Shown: positions 29,724 through 38,096 of the stretch, piece after piece | Layout: the number at the start of each line of letters is the position of its first letter | Position numbering within the stretch: position 1 is the first letter of the stretch | The notes under the pieces: generated by a model | Database searches by the model: none | Told to the model about the DNA's origin: nothing | What the model saw: only the letters and a program-made list of their open reading frames with translations | Assembly: GCA_965369385.1 (NCBI GenBank) | Contig: CBDUQP010000003.1 | Span: forward strand, 1 to 63,885 | DNA: 63,885 nucleotides | Source of the DNA: an uncultured Phycisphaerales bacterium | GTDB taxonomy: Bacteria; Planctomycetota; Phycisphaerae; SM23-33 | Reading direction: 5' to 3' | Program-made: the position numbers and the translations under genes

Positions 29724-29983
29724 GACGGGCCGAGACTTCATCTCTCCGAGCAGACGAGCATAGAAACGGCAGGTCGATAGCAAAGTGTTGTCGACCGGTT
29801 GTTTTCATGCCCGCAGACTGTTCATTTCTTATGCGAGCGATCATGGCATTATGTCGCAAGGTTATTTGCATCAACTGTCCAGATAGTTGGTTTCAGGCAG
29901 GTAAGGTGTGTATTATTACCTTACTTGGAGCAAGGATTCGGTGAGTGTATTGTTTTTGGCGGTGACGCCTCGGGAGAAGCGGA

Positions 29984-30979
29984 GTGAGTAGATATATTGT
30001 CCAACACATCCTTGCCTTGGTTCTACTCTTGGCGGTCGTGGCAACATGTACAGTCATGTTTAACGGATACATGTCTGTCGAGAGCCCAAAGAGGGCGAAG
30101 GTGAATCCGCATCTGATCGTCTTATTACCTGGCAAGGTAGACTTCTTTGAAGTTGAGACGATAGGGATTGTCAAGGCGGCTGACGAGTATGGGCTGAGTG
30201 TTGACATTCGCTACGCTGACTGGAGCGCCGAGACGCAACTCAAGCAGGTGGCTGATGCTGTAGCAGCCAAGCCTGACATGATTTGCCTTTGCGCCGCAGA
30301 CGCGGAGAAGCTTAAGGACGCGGCAAGGATATGTGCGGCGGCAGATATACCGCTTATGACATTCACGAATGCTATTGGGCCTGATCCTCAAGGATGGCTT
30401 CCGGGTGTCTTGACCCATGTGGGGAGGAACGAGGAAGATAGCGGTCGGATTCTAGGCAGAATGGTTCTGCATCTGATGGGTGATGATGCGGCCAGGCCGG
30501 TCAGGATTGTACTGATTCAGGGGGCACAGGGCACTGCTCCGCAGCGGCTTCGCGAGCGGGGGTTTAAGGAGATAGCCTCACAACACGTGAACTGGAAGAT
30601 CGTTCACAGCCAGTGCATTAATGGGTGGAGTCGCGAAGCGGCCGCAACGGCAGTAAAGGAGTTTTGTGACGCTGGAGGCAAGACGGACATCATAGTAGCC
30701 CAGTGGGGCCTTGGGGCACTTGCTGTCGTTGAAGGTCTTACGGCTGCGAATGTGTCAGGCGTTAAGGTAGTAGGCCTTGAGTTGAACAAAGAGATGTTGC
30801 CTGCGATAAGAGACGGGAGGATTTCTTACACCACTCATTTTTCGGTCGTGGAAGAGGGATTCCTGGCCATCAAGGCGGCGGCAAGGTTCTGTCGCGGGGA
30901 ATATGTTGAGCCTTTTGTGGCGATCCGGCAGCAATGGGTTAACGCGGAGAACGTTGACGAGTGTGATCTTGAGTTCTGA
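29984..30979 (+). CDS. Membrane-anchored periplasmic sugar-binding-protein-like (type I PBP / LacI-ribose-binding fold) protein
   Basis: GTG at 29984. N-terminal TM helix 'ILALVLLLAVVATCTVMF'. 'LIVLLPGKVDFFEVETIGIVKAADEYGLSVDIRYADWSAETQLKQVADAVAAKPDMICL' is typical of the Peripla_BP fold. No ABC partner genes are adjacent. Confidence 0.65.
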   Translation: MSRYIVQHILALVLLLAVVATCTVMFNGYMSVESPKRAKVNPHLIVLLPGKVDFFEVETIGIVKAADEYGLSVDIRYADWSAETQLKQVADAVAAKPDMICLCAADAEKLKDAARICAAADIPLMTFTNAIGPDPQGWLPGVLTHVGRNEEDSGRILGRMVLHLMGDDAARPVRIVLIQGAQGTAPQRLRERGFKEIASQHVNWKIVHSQCINGWSREAAATAVKEFCDAGGKTDIIVAQWGLGALAVVEGLTAANVSGVKVVGLELNKEMLPAIRDGRISYTTHFSVVEEGFLAIKAAARFCRGEYVEPFVAIRQQWVNAENVDECDLEF

Positions 30980-31044
30980 GCGATCGGTTCACAGCCGGGC
31001 CATGACGGCATTGTCTGATAGCTGACTCGCGTGGACCATTAGAA

Positions 31045-31073
31045 ACGCCCCCGCAGTGTTGCTGCGAGGGCGT
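31045..31073. terminator. Convergent-gene hairpin (terminator candidate for rne and the PBP-like gene)
   Basis: ACGCCCCCGCAG-TGTTG-CTGCGAGGGCGT forms a 12-bp stem with 1 mismatch. On the - strand it is followed by TTTCTAAT. Confidence 0.5.
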
Positions 31074-31104
31074 GTTGTGATAATAGGCTGTCGTTGTTTT
31101 CGAA

Positions 31105-33630
31105 TCAGTCGTTATCTTTGAAGCCCATAGCTTCAAGCAGTGATTTGGGCTGTTGCGGTCTGGTAGCGGGTTTTGGCTTCTCGGCCTTCATGTCTATTGG
31201 AGGAAGGTTACTGATATCAGGGACGGCTGCGGTTTTGGGGGTCTGCTCAACGGTTCTTTTGGCAGACTTCGCAGCCACCTTCTTCTTCGCCGTCTTTTTT
31301 GCCACTTTCTTTACGGTCGTCTTATCTGCTGCGGAATCATCAGCACTTTTCTCGGATTCTTTTGCAGCAGTGTCTTTTGCCACTTTCTTCGTGGTTTTCT
31401 TAGCAGTCGTTTTTGCCGCAGGCCTTCTTGTGCGCTTGGGCTTGGCGGGCTTGGCTTGTTCGTCGCCTCCAGGTGTTTGCTGTGCAGGCTCGGGTTTCCT
31501 GGCGGGTTCTTTAGCGGTTGTTTCCGCAGGCCTATCGATAGGTTTCTCCGCAGGTTTGCCCGAGTCCTTTGGCTTGGTGGCATCTTGTGGGGTCTCTGTT
31601 ATAGACGGCTTGGATGTGTCCGCCGTTTCCGCCGGCTGGGTGTTTGCGGCTTCAGCAGCCTTCTTGGCGGATCTTTTTCTTCCGCCTCGTCTGCGGCGTT
31701 TCTTTGCCGGAGCCGCTTCTGGGGTCTGTTCGCTTTCGCCAGAGCCTTCTTGTTGTTTGTCGTCGGTTTGGACAGTGGTCTCGGCCTGCACTTGCGGTGC
31801 TGGCGTCTCTTTGTCGGCTTGCTGCGGGGAGTCAGCTTCAGTGGCGCTGGTTTCGGTTGTGGCGTCGGATTTCTTATGACGCCGGCCTCCTCGTCTGCCA
31901 CGCCTGCCGCGGCGTTTCTTGCCGTTTGTTTCGCCTTCTGCAGGAGCGCCTTCCTCTTGGGCCGTTTCGACCTGAGGATCTTGCTGTTCCTGAACTTCCG
32001 TAGTCTCTTCGTCTTCATCATCTTCTTTGTCGAGTTCGACGAGTGTTTGATTCAACGCCAGTGTGTGCAGCTTGGGATGCTTGTCCTTGGTGAAATGGTG
32101 GGAATCCCACGCTACTTTGCTTCCGCGGCTATTGGTGCAGGCTGCCTCCACCTCGCCGCCGGTGAGCGACTCATTGGCGATAATGGAAATCACGTTTCCG
32201 GTCTCTTTTTCCATTCGGGCGATTTCCTGACGCTCGATGTTCAGGAGATGCTCCGCGACGAGAGCGGAGACCGATACCTGTATGGCATGTACGTTCTCGT
32301 TAGCGCATATCCGCTGGAGCAATCGCATCACAACCAGTGCCTGGGACTCTTCACTCTTGATAAGGCCCGTTCCGTCGCAATGGGTGCAAGGGCGGTAGAT
32401 ACTTCGTTGCAGCGGCGGTCCGAGTCTCTGGCGGGTCATTTGGAGTGTGCCGAATGCATTGATCTGGGCAAGTTTCGACTTGGCCCGGTCATCTTTCATC
32501 TCGTCTCTAAGCGTCTTTTCGATTGTGCGGCGATTCTTTTCCTCGCGCATATCGATGAAGTCCAGCACCACCACACCGCCGAGGTCCCGCAGTCGCAGTT
32601 GAAGGGCGATTTCCTTGGCGGCTTCGAGGTTGGTGTTCAGGGCGGAGGATTCGGCATCGCGGTGTTCGCGACTTTTCCCGCTGTTAACGTCGATTGCCAC
32701 AAGTGCCTCGGTGGAATCGATTACGATCGATCCGCCGGCCGGCAGGTCCACTCGCCTGGAGTAAACTTTTTCTATTTCTTCTTCGAGTCCGGCTTCGTAG
32801 AACAGTCCTTCGCCACCGGTGTAGAATTCCACGCTATGTTTTGTTCGCGGCATTGCCAGTTGCAGGAACTCATTTACGCGTTCGGCGACGTTTTTCTGAT
32901 CACAAATGATCCGCTCAATGCTGCTGTTATAGATATCTCGTATGGTGCGGATTACGAGATCGGACTCCCGGTATATCTCGGCCGGTGAGGGGTTGGAGGC
33001 GATCTGCTTGTTGACGGCTTTCCACAATCTGAGCAGGTAGTTCAGATCTCGCTGGAGCTCCCGCTTGTTGCGGTCGACACCGGCAGTGCGAACGATGAAT
33101 CCCATATCTTGGGGTAGTTTCAGTTCGCTGAGTGCCTTGCGTGCGGAGGCTCGGGCATCGTCGTCCTCAACCTTTCGGGAAACGCCCAGTTTGGTCATAT
33201 TGGGCATCATGACCAGCATTCTTCCGGGGATCGAAAGGTAAGTGGTGAGGGTCGGTCCTTTGGTTCCGATTCCCTCTTTGGTCATCTGTACAACAACTTC
33301 CTGCCCGCGTTTGAGGCAATCCTGCATCGCCGGGCGACTTCTGTGGGATGTTTTGCATCCGACAGCTTCGGAAGCTGCGCGTTGCCCCTTGGGGAAGTAT
33401 TGTGGATGAAGGTCGGAGATGTGGAGGAATCCGTTCTTGCTCAGTCCGAAGTCGACAAAGGCAGCTTGGATGGATTGTTCCACATTTGTTATGCGTCCCT
33501 TGTAGATATTTCCGACACGGGAAGCATTAGAAGCTCTTTCTATGTAGAGCTCCTCCAGTTTGTTGTTGTCCACGATCGCGATCCGGCATTCATGCCCAGA
33601 CGTGGAGTTAATCAGCATTTCTCTGCTCAT
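31105..33630 (-). CDS. rne: Ribonuclease E/G family endoribonuclease with a long disordered C-terminal domain
   Basis: 'MSREMLINSTSGHECRIAIVDNNKLEELYIERASNASRVGNIYKGRITNVEQSIQAAFVDFG' (S1 domain). 'VVLDFIDM' and 'CTHCDGTG' (Zn-link). ~300-aa Arg/Lys-rich and acidic tail. ATG at 33630; the ORF is open from 33714. Confidence 0.9.
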   Translation of the reverse strand: MSREMLINSTSGHECRIAIVDNNKLEELYIERASNASRVGNIYKGRITNVEQSIQAAFVDFGLSKNGFLHISDLHPQYFPKGQRAASEAVGCKTSHRSRPAMQDCLKRGQEVVVQMTKEGIGTKGPTLTTYLSIPGRMLVMMPNMTKLGVSRKVEDDDARASARKALSELKLPQDMGFIVRTAGVDRNKRELQRDLNYLLRLWKAVNKQIASNPSPAEIYRESDLVIRTIRDIYNSSIERIICDQKNVAERVNEFLQLAMPRTKHSVEFYTGGEGLFYEAGLEEEIEKVYSRRVDLPAGGSIVIDSTEALVAIDVNSGKSREHRDAESSALNTNLEAAKEIALQLRLRDLGGVVVLDFIDMREEKNRRTIEKTLRDEMKDDRAKSKLAQINAFGTLQMTRQRLGPPLQRSIYRPCTHCDGTGLIKSEESQALVVMRLLQRICANENVHAIQVSVSALVAEHLLNIERQEIARMEKETGNVISIIANESLTGGEVEAACTNSRGSKVAWDSHHFTKDKHPKLHTLALNQTLVELDKEDDEDEETTEVQEQQDPQVETAQEEGAPAEGETNGKKRRGRRGRRGGRRHKKSDATTETSATEADSPQQADKETPAPQVQAETTVQTDDKQQEGSGESEQTPEAAPAKKRRRRGGRKRSAKKAAEAANTQPAETADTSKPSITETPQDATKPKDSGKPAEKPIDRPAETTAKEPARKPEPAQQTPGGDEQAKPAKPKRTRRPAAKTTAKKTTKKVAKDTAAKESEKSADDSAADKTTVKKVAKKTAKKKVAAKSAKRTVEQTPKTAAVPDISNLPPIDMKAEKPKPATRPQQPKSLLEAMGFKDND

Positions 33631-33694
33631 AGCGTTACCAATCCTTGCGTGTTGAGTGCAATGACGACGCCGCTGGGCGGATACGTTGCTGGTC

Positions 33695-34477
33695 TCAATT
33701 GTCTGCTTGTTCAATTCCTTCGTATATAACGTCAGTGCGAATCAGTCCGGCCAGTTCTTTCACAGGGTCAAGCCCTAACATATCCAGGATTTCTCCGGGC
33801 CTGGCCCAGATGTCTCCTTGTGGAACCTGTTGCCAGCAAAGTGTATCGCACTGAACGCTCAGGTCGCAGACAAGCAGTTTGAGGTCCAGTTGTCTCGTTT
33901 GCGGTGGGCGATCGCGACGTTTCGAAGCGCGCGTGCGCTCGATCAAAAACTCCTCGGCGGAGTCGAAATGTCCAATCGCACCGCTTACGGTGGCGAGCTG
34001 GTCTGTCGATAAACGCAGTTTGTATTTGCAGACAATCGGTCGAATGGTTCGACGGGGGCCCAGCTCAATCGCCTTGGCGAAGGACATGCCTTCGGGCGTG
34101 TGATCATTGAGTGAACTGAGTAGATCGTCCCGTGCAATCTGTGAATCCAATTCGATTGTCAGCAGATCTTCCTTGCTGGATATCCCCACAGGGCGGGGAG
34201 GTATCAGCGAGAAGATCGGCCTGGGGTTGAACCCCTGCGAACAGCGTATCGGAAGTCCGGCCCGCACCAGGAGCCTTTCGATGTTGCGCATCATGTCATG
34301 ATGCGACAAGAATCGAAGGTCCCCATCGACGGTTAACCAAAGTGCCCATCGGTGCGGCAATGCAGTCACGTTCCTTTCGGTCTTTGTTCTGGCTACGTTT
34401 CTTCGCCCCGTAACACTCTTTGTGTTTGGCGAAGATCGTATGCAATAGTTTGTTTCCGGTGTGAACACCGGTGTCAT
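33695..34477 (-). CDS. DUF2344 (radical-SAM-associated, TIGR03936-like) protein
   Basis: 'LTVDGDLRFLSHHDMMRNIERLLVRAGLPIRCSQGFNPRPIFSLIPPRPVGISSKEDLLTIEL' matches the DUF2344 core as I recall it. The true start may be internal (e.g. GTG near 34369), because ~40 N-terminal residues look non-homologous. Confidence 0.7.
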   Translation of the reverse strand: MTPVFTPETNYCIRSSPNTKSVTGRRNVARTKTERNVTALPHRWALWLTVDGDLRFLSHHDMMRNIERLLVRAGLPIRCSQGFNPRPIFSLIPPRPVGISSKEDLLTIELDSQIARDDLLSSLNDHTPEGMSFAKAIELGPRRTIRPIVCKYKLRLSTDQLATVSGAIGHFDSAEEFLIERTRASKRRDRPPQTRQLDLKLLVCDLSVQCDTLCWQQVPQGDIWARPGEILDMLGLDPVKELAGLIRTDVIYEGIEQADN

Positions 34478-34505
34478 AATTCGCTGGTACTCTGTAACAG
34501 AGATT

Positions 34506-34594
34506 CTGTCGGTTCTTAGTACTCGTAAGTCGTTGCCTGCCCGCTATTGCGGACAGGTTACTAGCTGACAATCTTTCTGTTACAGACTACTAGT
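34506..34594 (-). repeat. Conserved intergenic element, copy B (core CTGACAATCTTTCTGTTACAGACTACTAGT)
   Basis: The 30-nt core at 34565-34594 matches 37724-37753 at 27/30 positions. Sub-blocks CCGCTATTGCGG (34541-34552) and TTCTTAGT (34513-34520) are also shared, in the same order. Confidence 0.75.
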
Positions 34595-34855
34595 CACGAT
34601 CTACCGTTGTTGCGTATGACGTGGTGCGGGTCGTGACGTTCGGCAAGATACTGTGGCTGGAATATCTGATCCCATCCGGCAGTAATCCCACCGGTTCAAA
34701 AATCGGCAAGCCAATTACCTCTTTCGGTGGTGCTCGGCTGCGTTGTTAATTTCAATGCTAATGCTATGTCTCGGCACAAATGCCGGACAATGCCCTGGTT
34801 ACTGTACAGGGCAGAAAAACGACTGGCGAATTTTCGAGTCCGCCGGCCGGGAAAA

Positions 34856-36598
34856 TCAGTTTTCGTACGCTTCCGGCAAGACGCTTCTCGCCTCGCTGCG
34901 GAGGTAGTTAAGTATTTCCTGGTCGCTGTCGAAGCTCATCACTCTTCTGGCGACGCGGGATGCTTGTTCCATTGTTACTGAGCGGATCATCTTTTTTATC
35001 TCCGGAATCGCCGGCGGCGCGCAGGAGAATTTCGTCAACCCCAGACCCAGCAGGAGCATGGTGCTAATTGGGTCGCCTGCCATTTCGCCGCAAAGGCTTA
35101 CCGGCACCGCATATCGCTGACCTGTACGGATGACTTCCTTGATAAGTCTGAGCACGGCAGGGTGAGTAGCCGAGAACAGAGATGCCACCTTTTCGTTACC
35201 ACGGTCTACCGCCAGCGTGTACTGAATGAGGTCGTTGGTGCCTATGGAGAAGAAGTCGACTTCTCTGGCAAATGCATTGATCTGAAGGGCAGCCGATGGC
35301 GTCTCGACCATTATGCCCACGGGGAGATCTTCGCAATGTTTGATTCCCTCTTCCTCGAGATCTTCCACGACGTCGCGGAAGATGGCTTTAGCCTGCCTGA
35401 GTTCCATAAGGTTGGTAATCAGCGGGAACATGATTCTTACGTCCCCGTCCACGCTGGCACGCAAGATCGCTCGCAATTGCGTCTTGAACATCGGGAGATT
35501 CTGCAGGCAGAATCGAATGCTGCGACATCCGAGGAACGGGTTGCGTTCCGGGGTGCGGGCGCGGCTCTGAGTGTATTTGTCGGCACCCAGGTCAAGTGTT
35601 CGGATAATGACGGGCCTGCCTTCGCAGTGATCTATGACGCGTCTGTAAGCCTGGTAGTGATCCTCTTCGGTGGGTTCGGTGTCGGCACCGAGGTAGAGGA
35701 ATTCGGTTCGATACAACCCGATACCCTGTCCGCCCTTGTCGAGTACAGCCAACGCTTCGTCAGGAAATTCAATGTTTCCCAGCAGGGTAATCTCAAATCC
35801 GTCGCGTGTGATGGCGGGCAGGTCTTTCAGTGCATCAAGGCTGTGGATGAACTGGACTTGCTTTTCGGCATAATGTTGATATTTCTCAATGGTCTCGGCA
35901 TCGGGATCGACGACGACCAATCCGCGAGTACCGTCGATTATCACGAGATCGCCAGCAGAGGCTTCGGCGCTTACGTTGTTGAGTCCGACGACTGCGGGGA
36001 TTCCGAGCGCCCGGGCGACGATGGCGGTGTGGCTGGTTTGTCCGCCGGCGTCAATGGCGAGTCCGAGCACGTGGTCGCGGTCCATACCGGCCGCTTGGCT
36101 CGGTGTGAGGTCATGCGCCAGAAGGATCCTATTACTGGTGAGGTGCTGAAGCGTTTGGCGATGTTGCCCTATAAGGTTTTTGAGGAGACGCTTTTCGATG
36201 TCATAGACATCTTTGACCCTCTCGGAGAGGTACTTGGGCATCGCCATGAATTCTTTGGCGTATTCCCGCAATACGGCTGCAACGGCGTATTCGCTGGTTA
36301 CGTTTCCATCGACGATGGTTTCCGTGAATTTCCCGAGGAGGATCTTGTCATCGAGCAGTCCGATGTGGAAGTCGAAGATGCTGGCGGTTTCCTTGCCGAT
36401 CTTGTCCGTGGTGCTCTTTTGAAGCTCACGTACTTCCTTTTTTGATACGCTGATGGCTTTTCGAAGGCGATCAATCTCCTTCTGCGTCATGTCGTTGTCG
36501 ACGTGGCGCTTTGGGATGTCGAATTCTTCGGTGTCCACAACGACCGCTTGCGCGACCGCAACGCCCGGAGAGACACCAATGCCCTGCTTGATCTTCAT
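34856..36598 (-). CDS. ptsI: Phosphoenolpyruvate-protein phosphotransferase (PTS Enzyme I)
   Basis: 'GGQTSHTAIVARALGIPAVVG' contains the active-site His. 'GLYRTEFLY' and 'FFSIGTNDLIQYTLAVDR'. 580 aa, with no N-terminal GAF domain. Confidence 0.95.
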   Translation of the reverse strand: MKIKQGIGVSPGVAVAQAVVVDTEEFDIPKRHVDNDMTQKEIDRLRKAISVSKKEVRELQKSTTDKIGKETASIFDFHIGLLDDKILLGKFTETIVDGNVTSEYAVAAVLREYAKEFMAMPKYLSERVKDVYDIEKRLLKNLIGQHRQTLQHLTSNRILLAHDLTPSQAAGMDRDHVLGLAIDAGGQTSHTAIVARALGIPAVVGLNNVSAEASAGDLVIIDGTRGLVVVDPDAETIEKYQHYAEKQVQFIHSLDALKDLPAITRDGFEITLLGNIEFPDEALAVLDKGGQGIGLYRTEFLYLGADTEPTEEDHYQAYRRVIDHCEGRPVIIRTLDLGADKYTQSRARTPERNPFLGCRSIRFCLQNLPMFKTQLRAILRASVDGDVRIMFPLITNLMELRQAKAIFRDVVEDLEEEGIKHCEDLPVGIMVETPSAALQINAFAREVDFFSIGTNDLIQYTLAVDRGNEKVASLFSATHPAVLRLIKEVIRTGQRYAVPVSLCGEMAGDPISTMLLLGLGLTKFSCAPPAIPEIKKMIRSVTMEQASRVARRVMSFDSDQEILNYLRSEARSVLPEAYEN

Positions 36599-36661
36599 AA
36601 TAGGACTGCTGGCAGAAGCCGTGGCAGGTTCAGTTCCCTATTGGCTGGAGCGCCTGTTTCG

Positions 36662-36976
36662 CTAGGCAAGCTCCTCGCCAAATCCCTGTTCGATCAGATC
36701 TGCTATTGCATGCACGGCGATTTCTGCATCTTCACCGTCTGCGAAAATTTTCAATACAGTACCATGAGCGGCCCCGAGCCGCATCACGGACATTATGCTC
36801 TTTGCGTCCACAGTGAGCGTACTGGTTGACAACTCGATCTTGCAGGCGTTTCCGTTAGCAAGCTCTACAACCTGCATCGCTGGTCTGGCGTGCAGGCCGT
36901 ACTTGTTGACGATTGTGACTTCACGCTCAATAGTGGGCACGATTATGTCCTGTTTCGATAGCTGCCAAGCAGACAT
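36662..36976 (-). CDS. ptsH: HPr/NPr-family phosphocarrier protein
   Basis: 'VTIVNKYGLHARPAMQVV' (His-15 site) and 'DAKSIMSVMRLGA' (Ser-46 region). The start is ambiguous, with a GTG alternative at 36940. Confidence 0.85.
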   Translation of the reverse strand: MSAWQLSKQDIIVPTIEREVTIVNKYGLHARPAMQVVELANGNACKIELSTSTLTVDAKSIMSVMRLGAAHGTVLKIFADGEDAEIAVHAIADLIEQGFGEELA

Positions 36977-36986
36977 TCAACGGCGG

Positions 36987-37454
36987 TCAGCCCAATTCGT
37001 CAGCTTCCCGAATGAGATCTACCATCGCCTCGTGAGTTTCGCTCTGCCTGAGGAACTTGCGGAAAACGTCTCTCTGCACGTGTTTGAAGATTGTCTCCAT
37101 CGCCTGCAGGTGTTCGTCAGGGTTGTCCGGGTTAGACAGCAGGAGTATCACGGAATAGACGGGTTTGGCATCGAGGGCTGCAAAGTCTATTCCTTCTTTC
37201 GAGCACCCAATTGCGCACAGTGGGCGTCGGACAGATTTGACCTTGGCGTGAGGCAGAGCGATTCCCTTGCCTATGCCTGTTGTTGCCTGGGCCTCTCGCG
37301 TGAGCACAGCCTGAATAATATCATCCTTATCGGAAGCCTCTATAGCACCAGCGTTTACAAGTAAATCTGCCAGCTCTTCGATGGCTTCGTTCTTGTCTTC
37401 GGCCTTGATGTTCGGAATAAGTGCTTCTTCTACCGCAATATCCATAAATTTCAT
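36987..37454 (-). CDS. ptsN: PTS EIIA-Ntr (nitrogen regulatory IIA protein)
   Basis: 'TREAQATTGIGKGIALPHAKV' contains the phosphorylatable His. 'VYSVILLLSNPDNPDEHLQAMETI'. ATG at 37454 follows AGGAG. Confidence 0.85.
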   Translation of the reverse strand: MKFMDIAVEEALIPNIKAEDKNEAIEELADLLVNAGAIEASDKDDIIQAVLTREAQATTGIGKGIALPHAKVKSVRRPLCAIGCSKEGIDFAALDAKPVYSVILLLSNPDNPDEHLQAMETIFKHVQRDVFRKFLRQSETHEAMVDLIREADELG

Positions 37455-37675
37455 AAACAACTCCTGCTGCCTTTGTTCGCAGCACCAACAGCCAACCATA
37501 ATGGTTGTGGCAGCTTGTTCCTGTCGCCTTAAAACGTCAAATAGTCTAACTTACAGCATCTTATTTGGCCAGAGATGATTAGCTGTAATTTCCCGTCTTT
37601 CTTGAACCTAGTGCTTTGTGACGGCGAATATAACTTGTCGCGACGTATCTCGCAGAGCGGAGAGCAGTCGGGCCG

Positions 37676-37753
37676 CTGTATTCTTAAGTCCTTATTCGTC
37701 CGCTGTTGCGGCCGGGGTGTCACCTGACATTCTTCCTGTTACAGCCTACTAGT
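37676..37753 (-). repeat. Conserved intergenic element, copy A (core CTGACATTCTTCCTGTTACAGCCTACTAGT)
   Basis: See copy B. Sub-blocks TTCTTAAGT (37681-37689) and CCGCTGTTGCGG (37700-37711), with the core at 37724-37753. The core's ACTAGTAG contains the hpf stop codon. Confidence 0.75.
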
Positions 37754-38084
37754 GCTCCTGGGTCTCGCTCAAGTCGGCGTGTGAAAGTCCTTTGTGGTTC
37801 CGCATCTTATCTTTATACCGGCGAAGTTGCTCAATGATCTTGTGGAAGCATTGATCAAAGCATGCATACATATCCTCGGATCGTTCGGAGGCCACGAAGG
37901 TGGCTTTGCGATTGGCCTGCACCACGATTTCGGTGGTCGGCAAGTCTGCTTCACGCCCCAGAATCACCTCCACAGAGTGGATTCCATCGTGGTACTTGGG
38001 TAGCTTGGCCGTTTTGGACTCAATGTGATCCCTCATTGCATCGGTAATGTCCATGTGCTTGGCATTCACTACGGTATTCATCAT
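37749..38084 (-). CDS. hpf: Ribosome hibernation promoting factor (short HPF/RaiA type)
   Basis: 'MNTVVNAKHMDITDAMRDHIESKTAKLPKYHDGIHSVEVIL...TTEIVVQANRKATFVASERSEDMYACFDQCFHKIIEQLRRYKDK'. AAGGAG lies 8 nt before the ATG at 38084. Confidence 0.9.
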   Translation of the reverse strand: MMNTVVNAKHMDITDAMRDHIESKTAKLPKYHDGIHSVEVILGREADLPTTEIVVQANRKATFVASERSEDMYACFDQCFHKIIEQLRRYKDKMRNHKGLSHADLSETQEH

Positions 38085-38096
38085 ATCATTCACTCC

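Noticed and set aside
31153-32988. 611-aa (and 261-aa) + strand ORFs opposite rne
   Set aside because: They are antisense to the strongly supported RNase E gene. Their low-complexity Cys/Phe/Leu/Arg composition mirrors the K/E/A-rich C-terminal-domain codons.
34565-34594. Interpreting the repeated core as a sigma-54 promoter or as a simple Rho-independent terminator
   Set aside because: There is no TGGCAC-N5-TTGC match on either strand. The CTGT-N-ACAG palindrome has too small a loop to form a terminator hairpin, and no U-tract follows it on the - strand.
35162-36445. 427-aa + strand ORF opposite ptsI
   Set aside because: The Enzyme I motifs on the - strand are unambiguous, and the antisense product has no recognisable features.
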